DNA from: Rhodospirillales bacterium
GTDB lineage: Bacteria; Pseudomonadota; Alphaproteobacteria; Bin95
Reading direction: 5' to 3'
NCBI GenBank assembly: GCA_038143065.1
Contig: JAYQLI010000033.1
Coordinates: 1 to 64,000 of the forward strand
Length of the DNA stretch: 64,000 nt
Both the position numbers and the translations under genes were made by a program. Position 1 is the stretch's first letter; each line of letters begins with the position of its first letter. The notes beneath the pieces were generated by a model. That model did no database searches. It was not told the origin of the DNA and was given only the letters and a program-made list of their open reading frames with translations. This document shows positions 43,492 to 55,368 of the stretch, one piece after another.

Positions 43492-44070
43492 TTAATTTCC
43501 TCGGGCAAGTTTCAGCGGGCATTTCATCATCCGCGCTTCGATTTCAATATTTGCTGATGCGAATGTGTTTAGATCGCTGTGTTTCATCGTCAATGGAACA
43601 AGAATATTCGTGTTTAATCTGTAGGCCTCATTTTTTAAAATGATGATCGCATCATCCATTTTTCCGGTGTGCTTAACTTCTATAATCCCAATGGTGCTGC
43701 AGCCGGCCAACTGACTGTTTGTGCGGTTGCTGAATTGAATATTTTGTGTTCCGTCTATTGGTGTAGCAGTGTTTTTGTTTACTTCTACCGCCTGATCATT
43801 TGCGTTATTTTTAACCGCCATAAAGTGTTTGTCATTAAATTCATCAATAAGTGCGTTAGCAAGATCGTGCGCGACATCTGCCTTTACCTGCTCTGATCTC
43901 AGTGCATCCCATTCATCGGTTGGCACAACCACGACCGAGGCCTTGCCGTTCTTACGATTATCAATCAGAAGCTGGCAGCCTGCTGTCATGTAGCCGATGA
44001 TTGTGATTGCAGTGATTGTGAAAAGTTTTTTGTGCACGACCGTGAACCAATTGATTGTCGAATTACTCAT
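43492..44070 (-). CDS. Lipoprotein with DUF4156-like C-terminal domain
   Basis: Lipobox-like MTAGC; C..IG..LKNEA..N..CP pattern. Confidence 0.55.
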   Translation of the reverse strand: MSNSTINWFTVVHKKLFTITAITIIGYMTAGCQLLIDNRKNGKASVVVVPTDEWDALRSEQVKADVAHDLANALIDEFNDKHFMAVKNNANDQAVEVNKNTATPIDGTQNIQFSNRTNSQLAGCSTIGIIEVKHTGKMDDAIIILKNEAYRLNTNILVPLTMKHSDLNTFASANIEIEARMMKCPLKLARGN

Positions 44071-44416
44071 GTGGTGGAACGACCCACCAGCATAAATGTT
44101 TACCCAATTTTCAATTTTCTGAACGCTAACTCATGGAGACGCCGAGATCGTGGCGGTGTTGTTTTGATATGTAGAGAATTTAAATAATTGAATTTATTGA
44201 ATCGGAGAGATAGCCACCGACAGATTTCCTCTGGGATGAATGCATGCTAGGCATAGGAAACTTGCTCTGCCTAACTTACTAATTATCGTTGGTCTGGTGG
44301 ACGTTATTTTTGTCAAAACTGCGCCCTTTACGGTTTGTTTTTCAGGTCGATATGTTTTTATTCTGAGGGAATAAGCTGGGCAAAAAAGGTAAAACAGCCT
44401 GAGGGGGTAAGACGCT

Positions 44417-44885
44417 ATGGATCAAGTGTCCTTGACCATAAAGCCTGATTTGATTGCGCGCATTTGTGCGCTTTGTGATGGAAGACGACAAGATTGCGAT
44501 TATGGCAACTGTCTCGGCGGAATTATATCACGGGGTTGACGGGTTCGATTGGGTCGGCTTTTATCGAGTAGTATCGCCAGGTCTGATGAAAATTGGCCCC
44601 TACCAAGGTGGTCATGGTTGCCTTGTTATCCCGTTTGAACGTGGTGTATGCGGTGCGGCGGCGCGACAAAAGGCTATCCAGATTGTTGACGATGTTGAGA
44701 GGTTTGACGGGCATATCGCCTGTTCAGCGAGCACTAAATCTGAATTGGTTATTCCATGCTTTGACGCCTGTGGGGAATTGCTCGGAGTGCTTGATATCGA
44801 CTCTGACAAGCCCGCCTTTTTCAACACAGGGGATGCGCGGAAACTTGACCAGATGCTACGCTGCCTCTTTTCTGGAGCTAACTGA
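44417..44885 (+). CDS. GAF-domain free methionine-R-sulfoxide reductase (MsrC/YebR-like)
   Basis: WVGFY, GPYQG..C, GVCG, GHIAC, SELV, VLDIDS. Confidence 0.85.
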
Positions 44886-44971
44886 TGTGCATTCTTATTG
44901 TTCGTATATCTTGTTTTTTAGATCACTGGCGTTAAAATGACTGATAGTCAGTTAACTTTAGGCTAAACAGG

Positions 44972-45634
44972 ATGCAAGTCAAACAACGTGCCCGATCAAA
45001 GATGGCGAAATCAGAACGCGAAAACAGTATTTTGATGGCAGCTGAGATGTTGCTGCGCCAATTAAGCTATGACGCCATGACGATGCAAGCAGTTGCCACT
45101 GCGGCCGGTCTTGCCAAGGGAACACTCTATCTCTATTTCGCTAGCCGAGAGTCACTTATTATAGCGGTTTATGGACGATTGTTCGACCGCTGGATTGACC
45201 GGTTTGTCGTTTCTCAGTCGGAACAGACCTGCGTTGATGGATTTTGCCGAGATTTTGCGCGTTTCTATGCTGATGACCCGCTTTTTCTGCAATTGGCTGG
45301 TGTTGCCAATACCTTTTTGGAACCTCATCTTGATCATGCCGCCTACATTGTTGGCAGGCAGGGGATGATACGGCGGGTCAAACGTCTGTCTGGACGCGTG
45401 AGCCAGCAATTTGGGGTTACCCCCGTCGATGCGCAAAAATTGATTTGGGGACTGTTGACGATTGCTGGCGGTGCTGCACAGTTATCGGTTCAATCGCCAT
45501 TCGCCAAACCTGAACTGCCAAGTGATATTGCGTCCTTTAATGAGCTTGCGCATTTCGAAACTGTTTTTTTTAATGTGGCATTGCCTTTTGGTAGGGGTAT
45601 TATCCAAATCCAACCCCCGCTTATCAGAAAGTAA
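44972..45634 (+). CDS. TetR-family regulator
   Basis: TMQAVATAAGLAKGTLYLYF HTH. Confidence 0.92.
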   Translation: MQVKQRARSKMAKSERENSILMAAEMLLRQLSYDAMTMQAVATAAGLAKGTLYLYFASRESLIIAVYGRLFDRWIDRFVVSQSEQTCVDGFCRDFARFYADDPLFLQLAGVANTFLEPHLDHAAYIVGRQGMIRRVKRLSGRVSQQFGVTPVDAQKLIWGLLTIAGGAAQLSVQSPFAKPELPSDIASFNELAHFETVFFNVALPFGRGIIQIQPPLIRK

Positions 45635-45709
45635 AACTAATTGAGCCTTTCCCATTATCAGGCGTATCATCTGGCGATACATCATTAATAATTTTGTGGG
45701 GACTTTGTT

Positions 45710-46681
45710 GTGGGTGACCCGGTATTATTTGCTTATTCACTTAATCAGGCGGGCGGTGGTGCTGCTTTGCATGATGGCGAAGTTGCGCGCCTTTTAAAAG
45801 ATGATCAACTAGCTTGGGCACACCTCAATGCTGATCACCCCGAAACCGCAAAATGGCTGCGACATGAAGTTACCTATCTTAATGATTTTGTAGTCAATGC
45901 CTTGCTTGCTGATGAGACCCGCCCGCGCGTTGTGTCAATGGGTGAGGGAGTGCTGCTAATTTTGCGTGGGGTTAACTTGAATGATAATGCCAGCCCTGAG
46001 GATATGGTCTCGATCCGGCTTTGGGTTGACCCCCATCGTATTATTTCCCTTCAACGGCGTAAGCTGAGAGCAGTTGGCGATCTGGCGGCAACATTAGAGG
46101 CTGGTAAAGGGCCCAAGGGTAGTGCTGACTTTGTTACCATGCTTATTGACCTTTTGTTTGCGCGAATGGCACCAGTTGTCACTAGCCTAGGCGAGGAGAT
46201 GGACGATATCGAAGAGGATATATTGAATGGTGGCGCCAACACATTGCGTGAACAGATTGTCTCGATACGTAAGAAGGCGATCATCTTTAAGCGCTATATG
46301 GCGCCACAGCGCGATTTGATTACGCATTTGCTAGAAGCAAAACGTGACTGGTTTGGGGAGAACAATGATCATCAGTTAATTGAGGCGCATAACAATATTA
46401 CACGTTTTGTAGAAGAACTTGATTCAGTCCGTGAACGCTCACAAGTTATCAGCGACGAAGTGACCAATATTCTCACCGAGCGGTTGAACAAGAATATGTA
46501 TGCGCTATCGGTTGTTGCGGCGATCTTTTTGCCAATGGGTTTCTTGACTGGTCTTTTGGGCGTTAATGTTGGAGGTATACCTGGGGCGGAAAATCCGCAA
46601 GCCTTTCTCACATTTTGCCTGTTATTGGCACTAGTGGTTGGGGTGCAAATTTTGTTTTTCCGTAAAATGCGTTGGTTCTAA
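45710..46681 (+). CDS. zntB: Zinc transporter ZntB (CorA family)
   Basis: LRGVNLN..PEDMVSIR; GLLGVNVGGIPG. Confidence 0.9.
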   Translation: MGDPVLFAYSLNQAGGGAALHDGEVARLLKDDQLAWAHLNADHPETAKWLRHEVTYLNDFVVNALLADETRPRVVSMGEGVLLILRGVNLNDNASPEDMVSIRLWVDPHRIISLQRRKLRAVGDLAATLEAGKGPKGSADFVTMLIDLLFARMAPVVTSLGEEMDDIEEDILNGGANTLREQIVSIRKKAIIFKRYMAPQRDLITHLLEAKRDWFGENNDHQLIEAHNNITRFVEELDSVRERSQVISDEVTNILTERLNKNMYALSVVAAIFLPMGFLTGLLGVNVGGIPGAENPQAFLTFCLLLALVVGVQILFFRKMRWF

Positions 46682-46833
46682 AATTTTTGGTTTGTTCGGC
46701 CTTCCTGGCCGTCTGGTCCAATGTTAGTGAAATGTGTCGGAAACCTGAGGTTTAACTCAAGCATGGTTGATTTTGCTTGCCAGTGGGGACCTCGCTGAGG
46801 CACCGCAGCAATTTGTTTAGTAAGGACCTTTCA

Positions 46834-47128
46834 ATGCTTGTAGTTTGTGTTTTATTTTGAAATTAAACCAGTGTTCATTGATGCGTTTTTGGAGGTTATG
46901 CGAAAAAATGCGCTAGCCTCACTAAAAAATGAAATTGGGTGTCACCAATTCGACGTTAATCAAGACCCTCTCTCACCAAACAGCATATTCCTTTATGAAC
47001 TTTATGAAGATGCCGCCGCATTTGAACTTCATAAGCAGACTGATCACTATCTTGAGTTCAATGAGGCGATTGCGCCTATGATTATTGGGAAAACTTTGCG
47101 AATCTTAAAAAGGATGGAACTAGATTAG
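46834..47128 (+). CDS. ABM/putative quinol monooxygenase family protein
   Basis: NALASL.NE.GC.QFDV..LYELYED..AF..H..T.HY. Confidence 0.8.
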
Positions 47129-47295
47129 ACAACCTGACACTCCATCTTGAATTTAATCCTGAATTGTGGCCGAAAACATTGGCCACTACTGCAGTCAATA
47201 ATTTCAAGGCTTTAAAATTTTTACAGAGTGTCGTTAAATGAAGTTGTCAAGTGATTTTCTTAGCCTTAGTTCTGTTTTGTGCGGGTTTTTGTTCA

Positions 47296-47668
47296 TGAGT
47301 TTTTGGTTGCGCCTAAGTCTAGTATCAATCGTTGTGCTGTCTTTTCATGCCGCACAACCCGTATTCGCGGGCGGGAAGACCTATCAAGGAAGTGGTCATC
47401 AGCTCACTGCACCCTTTGGTCAGATCTGAGGTTGAAATGGCCGCAAACGATTCTTGGCCGTGAAAAAGCGGAATGCCGTCGACGCGCCGTTGACAGCTCA
47501 GCTGGCAATACTCAGTGCCGGCTCTTAAAAACATACATTGACCCCGAGAGTGGTGAACGGATTTGTATCTACAAACGGCACGGTACAGGCCTAGAGGAAC
47601 TTACTTTAAGCATGTCTGCCTTTTTGCATTGCCAGAAAGATTTTATGTGTAAGCGCACTGCAAAATAA
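47296..47668 (+). CDS. Small exported Cys-rich hypothetical protein; frameshifted
   Basis: Signal peptide ..AAQPVFA; Cys-rich C-terminal half. Confidence 0.5.
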
Positions 47669-47720
47669 GTGACTCCAAAATTATATTTCCAAATTATCTT
47701 GTTATACCTATGCTTGGCGC

Positions 47721-48626
47721 ATGATTAGCCAAAGACGCGTATTTGAGATCATTGAAAAAGGTCAGGCTGATGACCGCGCAAGCCGTTATTGCGACCTATT
47801 CCTGTTCGCATTGATTCTATTGAATTTGCTTGCGGTCTGTTTGGAGACGATCGACACGCTCTATGCGCAATATAAAACTGCATTTACGGCGGTAGAGTTG
47901 GTATCGGTGACGATTTTCTCGATTGAGTATGGCTTACGAATCTGGTCATGTGCCGCCTCCCCTGATGGCAAATATAAAAGCGCATCGGGAAAACGCATGG
48001 GGTATATCTTCAGCTTTACCGGCATTATTGATTTGCTGGCGATTCTTCCAAGTATTATCCCGCTCTTGCTTGGTGGGGTGGATCTGCGCTGGCTGCGGAT
48101 ATTGCGGTTGATGCGGCTGTTGAAATTCTCGCATTATTCATCGGCGCTTGAAGATTTGATATCGGCGGTGCGTCATGAAAGCCGGTCATTCGCCGCAACC
48201 TTGTATTTGCTGGTGCTGGCATTGCTGATTTCCAGCTCATTGATTTATGTTGCCGAACAGGATGTGCAGCCTGAACATTTTGGTTCCATCCCGCAGGCGA
48301 TGTGGTGGACAGTTGTTACGCTAACGACCGTTGGTTATGGCGATATTGTGCCGCACACGGTGGCGGGTAAATTCATTGCAACGCTGACCGCGCTTATGGG
48401 GGTTTGTGTTGTTGCGCTCTTGACCGGTATTGTTGCCACGGGTTTTACCAATCAGGTGGCGATGCGTCGACACCGGCTTGAGGCCGAGATTTCATCCGCG
48501 CTTAGCGACGGTGTTATCACCAGTGATGAGCGCCAAAAAATTGATGATTTGCGGCAGCGTTTGAATATCTCCGAGGAGGATGCGCTGGCGATTATCAGCT
48601 ATCTGGAGCGAAGTGACAAGAAATAG
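47721..48626 (+). CDS. Six-TM voltage-gated-type K+ channel
   Basis: S4 LRWLRILRLMRLLK; filter TTVGYGD. Confidence 0.93.
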   Translation: MISQRRVFEIIEKGQADDRASRYCDLFLFALILLNLLAVCLETIDTLYAQYKTAFTAVELVSVTIFSIEYGLRIWSCAASPDGKYKSASGKRMGYIFSFTGIIDLLAILPSIIPLLLGGVDLRWLRILRLMRLLKFSHYSSALEDLISAVRHESRSFAATLYLLVLALLISSSLIYVAEQDVQPEHFGSIPQAMWWTVVTLTTVGYGDIVPHTVAGKFIATLTALMGVCVVALLTGIVATGFTNQVAMRRHRLEAEISSALSDGVITSDERQKIDDLRQRLNISEEDALAIISYLERSDKK

Positions 48627-48667
48627 CCCGCTGTTTGTTTGGCGCCATTTGCTTGCAAATCGCTCGC

Positions 48668-49150
48668 CTAGGTGGATGGCGGGCTGGGCTTTTGCAACCG
48701 TTTGCCGCGCAATTTTGATGTAGCAAGGTAATCTTGCCATTCTTGATGTTTTTCAAGATCTGATAGATGTACATCGAGCGCGGAGTTAGCGATTTGGATT
48801 TCAATGGTGAACTGAATCATTGCTGCAACCATTAGGATAATCGATGAGAAGAACAGCCAACTGCCAATTGTTTCGATGCCGAAATAAAGTGAAATCATTG
48901 CTGATAGATTTAGGATGAAGGCAAGCGCGCCGCAGGTCTGGATAATCGCAATCAGCCGCAGACGCTGGCGCAGGCTGGCAATCTGGCGAAAAAAGCGGGC
49001 ACTGTCATCAGTTGAAATATTTTCGTTGATGACCGTGTCGTGCAAATTACGGATCAGCCCAGCCAGTAGCGAATACCGATTGCCAAAATTAATCATCATT
49101 AGGGGTATTGCAGGGAACAAAACGCCAACAATAAGGATATTGAGCTGCAT
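48668..49150 (-). CDS. DUF2721 membrane protein
   Basis: LFPAIPL..FGNRY..LIRNLH..QI..LR.R..LI. Confidence 0.75.
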   Translation of the reverse strand: MQLNILIVGVLFPAIPLMMINFGNRYSLLAGLIRNLHDTVINENISTDDSARFFRQIASLRQRLRLIAIIQTCGALAFILNLSAMISLYFGIETIGSWLFFSSIILMVAAMIQFTIEIQIANSALDVHLSDLEKHQEWQDYLATSKLRGKRLQKPSPPST

Positions 49151-49190
49151 ATTCGGTGAAACCCCAAAACGTAAATGAAGCTGACCGAAT

Positions 49191-49834
49191 TTAGGAGATG
49201 GCAAAAGCTAGCCGCCTGATCTGGATTACCCCAAGCGCCTGAAGCCCATCGATAATATATTGAATTGAAAGCGCCGCCAAGGATGATGGCGGTGATCCGA
49301 GAAGACCAGCGTAATCCGCGGGTTAATATAAGACTCGGCAAGGCTGGCGATGATCAGAACAAGCGCTGTTGCCAGCATCACCGCCACCATTGCGCCATAG
49401 CCGATGATCATATTGACATTTTCGGTCGGATTGCTGGCAACCACCATTACCGAGGTAATTGCGGCTGGCCCGGCCAAAAGCGGCGTAGCAAGCGGAAATA
49501 TCGCGATATTATCGTCGGTTGAAACGCTGTCGCTGCCCTGTTCGCGCCGAGCCTGACGTTTATTGGCAAGCATATCAAGCGCCACCAAAAGCAGAATAAT
49601 GCCGCCGGCAAGACGAAACGCGGTCAGTGAAATATTGAGGTAATGCAGGATCCACACCCCGCATAGCGCAAAGAATATCATGATTGCACCGGCAACCAGC
49701 GAGCCTTCAAGCGCGGTACGAATTTTCTGACGCTTATTCAAATGGGTTGTGATAGCAAGGAAAATTGGCGCCGTACCAACCGGATCAACCACCACGAAAT
49801 AAACGATAAACGCCGTGATAAAGCTCTCGATCAT
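49191..49834 (-). CDS. MarC family membrane protein
   Basis: VVDPVG..P.F, FRLAGGI, FPLATPLLAGPAAI; 3' frameshift. Confidence 0.9.
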
Positions 49835-50224
49835 CTTTCTATGCCTCTCTGGCTAATTTCAATAAAGACGGTGTCAAATGAGGCGTTCTGCAATTTTGCC
49901 AAAATAGGGTTTTGTCGCACCGCGAGTTGACCTGCGCCTTTTTTGCGCTCCTTAAACAAAAGGATATCAAAAATTCAAATAGGATGATATGAAAATCCCC
50001 TGTTGATATAGAAGTGTTGGTAAAAGCTGGTATGCGGGATGCTTTGCCGGCGAGGGCGCTTTTAGTCCGATCCAGCCCCATAAAGAAATTTCTCGAAAGG
50101 CGAGATATACGCTTGACCTAGGGGCGGCAAACCCATTAAAACGTCGCACCGGAGGCGATCAACCGGCTAGCCCCTGAATAGGCCAGCAACAAAGATCGCC
50201 AGTGCCATTCGCAGGCACCGAGAT

Positions 50225-50301
50225 GGCGGAGTAGCTCAGTTGGTTAGAGCAGCGGAATCATAATCCGCGTGTCGGGGGTTCGAGTCCCTCCTCCGCTACC
50301 A
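50225..50301 (+). tRNA. tRNA-Met(CAT), elongator type, with encoded CCA
   Basis: GGCGGAG/CTCCGCT acceptor stem, GCGGA-ATCATAA-TCCGC anticodon arm, GGTTCGAGTCC T arm. Confidence 0.95.
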
Positions 50302-50421
50302 TTTCTTTAAATAGAATCAATGTATTACAGCGCCTCAAAAACTATTTTGGTGTGCTTTTTCCATTACACACCTCTTTACACTTTTTGGTTGGCTTTCAGT
50401 CGCTCAAGACTAGGGCTGAGT

Positions 50422-50625
50422 CTAACCACGATTGTGAGTTTTAGCGTATAATTCAGCAACGGTACGGCTCGCAGTTTTTTCAAAAAGCGCCGGTATGAAT
50501 GCATGGATGATCGCCGCTATCGCTGCAAAAAGTAATTTTCCTGCGAAAGATAGAGCAAACCAACCGTGTTCAATATATGTTTCATTGACTTTCTTTGGAT
50601 GATCAAAAAACAACTTTTTAAACAT
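50422..50625 (-). CDS. DUF6356-like small protein
   Basis: F.DHP..VNETY.EH..FA..IIHA.IP.LFEKTAS. Confidence 0.75.
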   Translation of the reverse strand: MFKKLFFDHPKKVNETYIEHGWFALSFAGKLLFAAIAAIIHAFIPALFEKTASRTVAELYAKTHNRG

Positions 50626-50750
50626 TTTGCGCCTCCAAACAAAGTGATTTTGCTAAATATATGCCATAAGGCAGTATTTAATTTTTAATAAAATCTTTTA
50701 AAATGCAATATATTTTTAATTTTTAGAGTATGAATGCAAAAATTTTTTAG

Positions 50751-51015
50751 CTAGAAGAAGCATCTATGCTTACCCAGAACCCACACATATGGCCTATAAT
50801 TGTCTTTGCCCTTCAAGCAGGCATGAGACGAGGCGAAATCCTTGGTCTGACTTGGGATAACATCACTCTGGAAAGATAGCTTGCTTACCTACCATTGACC
50901 AAGAATGGGACAAGCAGAGAAGTTCCCTTATCAACAAAAGCAGTTAACGTCCTAAGTAACCAAAGGTCGCGGCAAGACACCTCTACTCCATTTCCAGCGA
51001 ACGCTAATGCCTTCA
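50751..51015 (+). pseudogene. Tyrosine integrase fragment, inverted paralogue of 61216-62191
   Basis: NPHIWPIIVFA..GMRRGEILGLTW..ER*LAYLPLTKNGTSREVPLS; in-frame TAG at 50877; truncated at both ends. Confidence 0.85.
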
Positions 51016-52562
51016 CGCCGGGACAGCGTCCGACCAAGGCAGGCATGGCTCAGACCACCTACGCGGTCTGTACCGTCGACCTGAACCGCCGAGATATTTG
51101 CGAACCAGGAGGGAAAGACCGTACGGTTCGTGAGGTGAACGTCGAACTGGCCGCTCAGCGCTGCAAGCGTTGGAGCATCGAGTTTCTTATCGGCGATCAG
51201 AACGCTCGATCCGCTCATATCGATCCGCGGATGGTGAAGCGCCTGTTCCAGTTCCATGCCGAATTCGGCAACAAAAGTGGCCAACTGCGCTACTGCCGGC
51301 ATGATCCGCCGGCCGCCGGAGGCGCCCAGGCCGAACACGCCACCATCGGGGCGCTCCAGCACGATCGGGCACATGTTTGACAGGCACCGTTTTCCGGGAG
51401 CCAGTGAGTTCGGGCGGCCCGGGCGAGGGTCGAACCAGAAAACGCCGTTGTTCATCAACACGCCACTTTGAGGAAGGTGACCATGGAACCAAACACTGAT
51501 AGTAGCGTCTGTGTCTGCGAGACAACCATGCCGTCGCGGTCGACAACCGAGAAATGCGAGGTGCAGCCAATGTCCCGCGCGCCGTCGACATCGCCCATCT
51601 TGGAGAGGCGCGCCTCGTATGCGGTTTCAGCGCGTTCGCCATCGACAGATACCAGTCGGCATCCGGTTCCTTGACGTTGGCGGACGTGGCCGCGTGTTCG
51701 CGTAGGACATGCGCCAGCGTCGGTCCGGCGGACAACTCTGGCATTGCCCAGATCCGGAGTGTTGCGATGCTCAATGGCGAGCGGATTCAAGATTCGACGT
51801 GATAACCGGAGAGGTCGTCGACATTCAGATCGGATCCCATGGCGCGGGCGTCTGCGGCGATCCGCGCGGCTAGCGGGCCTTCGTAAAAGCTGCGCGGCCC
51901 TTCGCGCATGATGGTCTCTAGCGTCCCAGCCAGCCGCGGCGCAGTCAGACGCGACACGCCGCGTGGCGTCAGCGGCCCGGCCGGCGGCGCCCCGTCGGGG
52001 AGGAACCATTCGCGCGTCGCGTCATAATTCCTCAGGCTGTGCGCTGCCTGACCAATGACCATCGTGGCGTACCAATCGACAGAGAGCCCCGCCCGCGCTA
52101 GGGTCCACTGCGGGAGCCACTAGCTCCTCCCAGGGTTTGCGACCCCACGGCATGCGCTGTTCCGACTCCGTCAACCGCGCCCGGCACAGCGATGGCCAAC
52201 GGACCAGTCATGTTACGGTTGCCTTTGACCGCTGGCCAAGCGAACAGTCCCTCAGCCTCACCTTCCTCCAGCGGATAATCTTCGGGCCGCAGCCAGCGGC
52301 GGTGTGCATGCCGAAATCTACGCTGTTTACCGCGCCGTCCGGGTGGCGCACCACCATCAGACCACCGCCACCGATCCCGCTCATCCACGGCTCGATCCAC
52401 AAGCGCGAAGGAGGTTGCGACAGCAGCGTCCATCGCGTTGCCACCCTCTGCCAACACTCGGGCGCCAATCGCTGCGGCTCCGACATGCTGGGCCGCTACC
52501 ACGCCGCCTTCGGAGCGTACAATCTTTTTCGACACGGTCTGGTTTGGAGAAAAGTTGCTCAT
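51013..52562 (-). CDS. Gamma-glutamyltransferase family Ntn-hydrolase; frameshifted
   Basis: GGNAMDAAVA, PWMSGIGGGG, AVPG, TSHFSVVD, NNGV.WFDPRPG, GASGGRRI. Confidence 0.88.
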
Positions 52563-52567
52563 TTTAT

Positions 52568-53533
52568 CTACTTCTGCTCGGCGTCGGGGTGATGGCATCT
52601 GACGCTATGGGCGGCGTTAAGGTTTAGGTCGGGGGGTGGGGTGTTTTGGCACAGGTCGGTGCGGATCGGACAGCGCGCCTCGAATGGGCAGCCGGCGAAG
52701 ACCTTAGTGGGGCTGGGCAATTCCCCATGCAGCAGGCGCCGACCGCGGCGGCGGCCAGTCGCCAGACGCGGCGCTGCGTTCAGAAGGGCGCGCGTATAGG
52801 GATGGGCGGGGGCAGCAAACAGGCGCTCAGCAGGGGCCATTTCAACAATCTGGCCGAGATACATCACAGCGATGCGGTCAGATACGTTCTTCACACAGCG
52901 AGGTCGTGGCTGATGAAGATATAGGTCAGGCCGAACTCCGCCTGCAGATCGTTCAGCAGGTTCAGGATTTGCGACTGAACCGAGACGTCCAGCGCGGAGA
53001 CAGGTTCGTCGCAGACAACCAGCCGGGGGCGGCGTACCAGTGCTCGTGCGATGGCAAGCCGCTGCCGTTGCCCACCGGAGAATTCATGCGGAAGCCGATC
53101 CAGATGAGAGGGCCAAGACCCACTGCCTCGAACATCTCACCAACCTTCGCGCGAACCTCGCGCCGCCTGAAGCCGTTCACTAACAGCGGTTCGCCGACGC
53201 TTTTCCATACCCGTCGACGCGGTTGAGAGAGGAGAACGGGTCCTGAAAGATCACCTGCATGTCGTTCCGATCGCGGGCGTGGGCCTCCGGCGAAAGGGTG
53301 CGGTCTTCAAAGAGATTTTACCCTCTTTCGCCTTGAGCAGACCGAGAATGGCGAAGCCAAGCGTGGACTTGCCACAGCCAGATTCGCCTACGACGCCCAG
53401 TGTCTCGCCCTCCCAGACCTCAAAGTCCACTCCATTGACGGCGCGCACTTCGGCGGCGGTCATCCACGGCAACGCTCCACGGACTGGAAGCGGACATGAA
53501 GCCCGCGCACCGGAAAAAGAATCGGGTGGTCAT
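52568..53533 (-). CDS. Peptide ABC transporter ATPase (DppF/OppF-like)
   Basis: [26 protein letters not shown]. Confidence 0.88.
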
Positions 53534-54496
53534 AGCGTGAACTCCCCAATCCGGAGGCAGGCGGCGGTATGGTCATCCTTCACCAAGGAAAGGCGGGGAA
53601 CCTGGGCACTGCAGGCATCCACCGCATGGGGGCAGCGGGGCGCGAAGCGGCAACCCGGTGGCAAGGCGCCGGGCTCGGGCACGACACCCTCGATCACTTC
53701 AAGGCGGGAGCCGCGCACCGCCTCTAGCGTTGGGATGCTGCGGAGCAGTGCCTGCGGTAGGGATGCGCCGGCGCCGCAAGAACCTCGTCGGTCTTACCAG
53801 CCTCGACCACCGAGCGGCATACATCTGCCAGCCGGTCGGCACTCTCGACGACCACACCCATGTCATGGGTGATCAGCAAGATGCCTGTACTGGTCTCTTC
53901 CTGCAGGTCCTCCATCAACGTGAGGATTTGCCCCTGGATGGTAACGTCCAGCGCCGTTGTAGGCTCGTCCGCGATCAACAATTGAGGGCGGGCGGCGAGT
54001 GCCACAGCGATCATCGCGCGCTGGGCCATGCCGCCCGGACAGCTCATAGGGATATTGGTCAGCCGCTGATCCGGGTCTGGAATGCCAACATGGGCCAACA
54101 TCTCGCGCGCCGCCTCTCGCAACGCGCGCCGCCCGGTCACGCCGCGCAGCGCAGCGCGCCTCAGCAATCTGGCCACCGACCGTCATCAGCGGGTCGAGCG
54201 CCGCAGAAGGGTCTTGGAAAAATCATACCAATGCGTCGGCCGCGGATGCGCCGCCAACCGGGCTCGTCTAGTCGCACCAAGTCCTCGCCTTTCAGAAGGA
54301 CCGACCCGCCGGAAAAGCGCCCACCCTCCGGCAGCAGCCCGATCAGCGCCAACGCCGTCATCGATTTTCCGCAGCCGGATTCGCCGACCAGCGCCAGGGT
54401 CCGCCCGGCCTCCATCCGAAGGTTAACATCCTGCAGGATACGCCGGCCATAGATGTCGACGGACAGTTCCCGGACATCGAGCAACGGCACTGCCAT
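53530..54496 (-). CDS. Peptide ABC transporter ATPase (DppD/OppD-like)
   Basis: [30 protein letters not shown]. Confidence 0.88.
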
Positions 54497-55368
54497 CAGG
54501 AAATCCGTCCGTACTGGATCGAGTAGCATGTCGAATGGGCCGTCGGTGGCACGGCCCTGTTATGCCAGCTGGCGACTTCCGCCGCCGTGGTCCACCGAGA
54601 CGTCATTTTGCGTGCTGATGTGGGTGAACAGTTGGCGCAACATCTCGATCCGGCTGGCGCGGCCAGACATCCAGGGGTGTACGGTGATCGTGAACAGCCC
54701 ACCCATTGCAGTGACGGCGTCGAATTCCCACAGCCACGCCTCCAGCAGCGCGGCGGGGCTGGTCGGTGGGGACGTGTCGCGGCCACCGCCGAAATAGCGG
54801 AAAAAGATCGCGTCATCGATTGGCCAATACACCGGAATCTCGGTCAACCCGTCCAGCCGATAAGGATGATCCATCCCCATCGAGTGGCTATCATAAGCGA
54901 TCTCGGGTCTCTTCAGCCGTGCAACCTGATGCGGCGCTAGCTCCATGACGAGCGGAAACCGACCGGCATTCTGCCGCCTTGCGCTGCGTAGATCTCGAGG
55001 CTCGGTCCATCACCTCGTCGAACCTGGCGTTGTGTGGTCTGCATCGCCTCGTGATAGACACCGTGCAGCCCAACCTCATGCCCTTCGGCTCCGAAGCCCA
55101 GGCACAATCAAGGATAGGCCTCCATCACCGCGCCGGGGACATAGAAACTGCCCCGCGCACCGAACTGCGCCAGCAGGCTCCACTAGCCGCGCTAGGCCGC
55201 GACACCGTGGCTGAAGCGGCGCTGCTCCAGCTCCCCTAGCCGTTGCGGCGTCTTGCCGCGATTGGCCCATTGATATGGGCTTTCCACGTCCACATCGGCC
55301 GAAGAAAACCACTGCCGCGCGGTAGCCTTCCGGGCCATTCGTAGGGGGAATTCCGGTTCAGTCTTCAC
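54496..55368 (-). CDS. Polysaccharide-deacetylase (CE4, PuuE/PgdA-like) amidohydrolase
   Basis: WP.G..AAV..DVD start, YDS..M..D.PY, EIPV.W.IDD, TVHPW.SGR..R. Confidence 0.8.
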
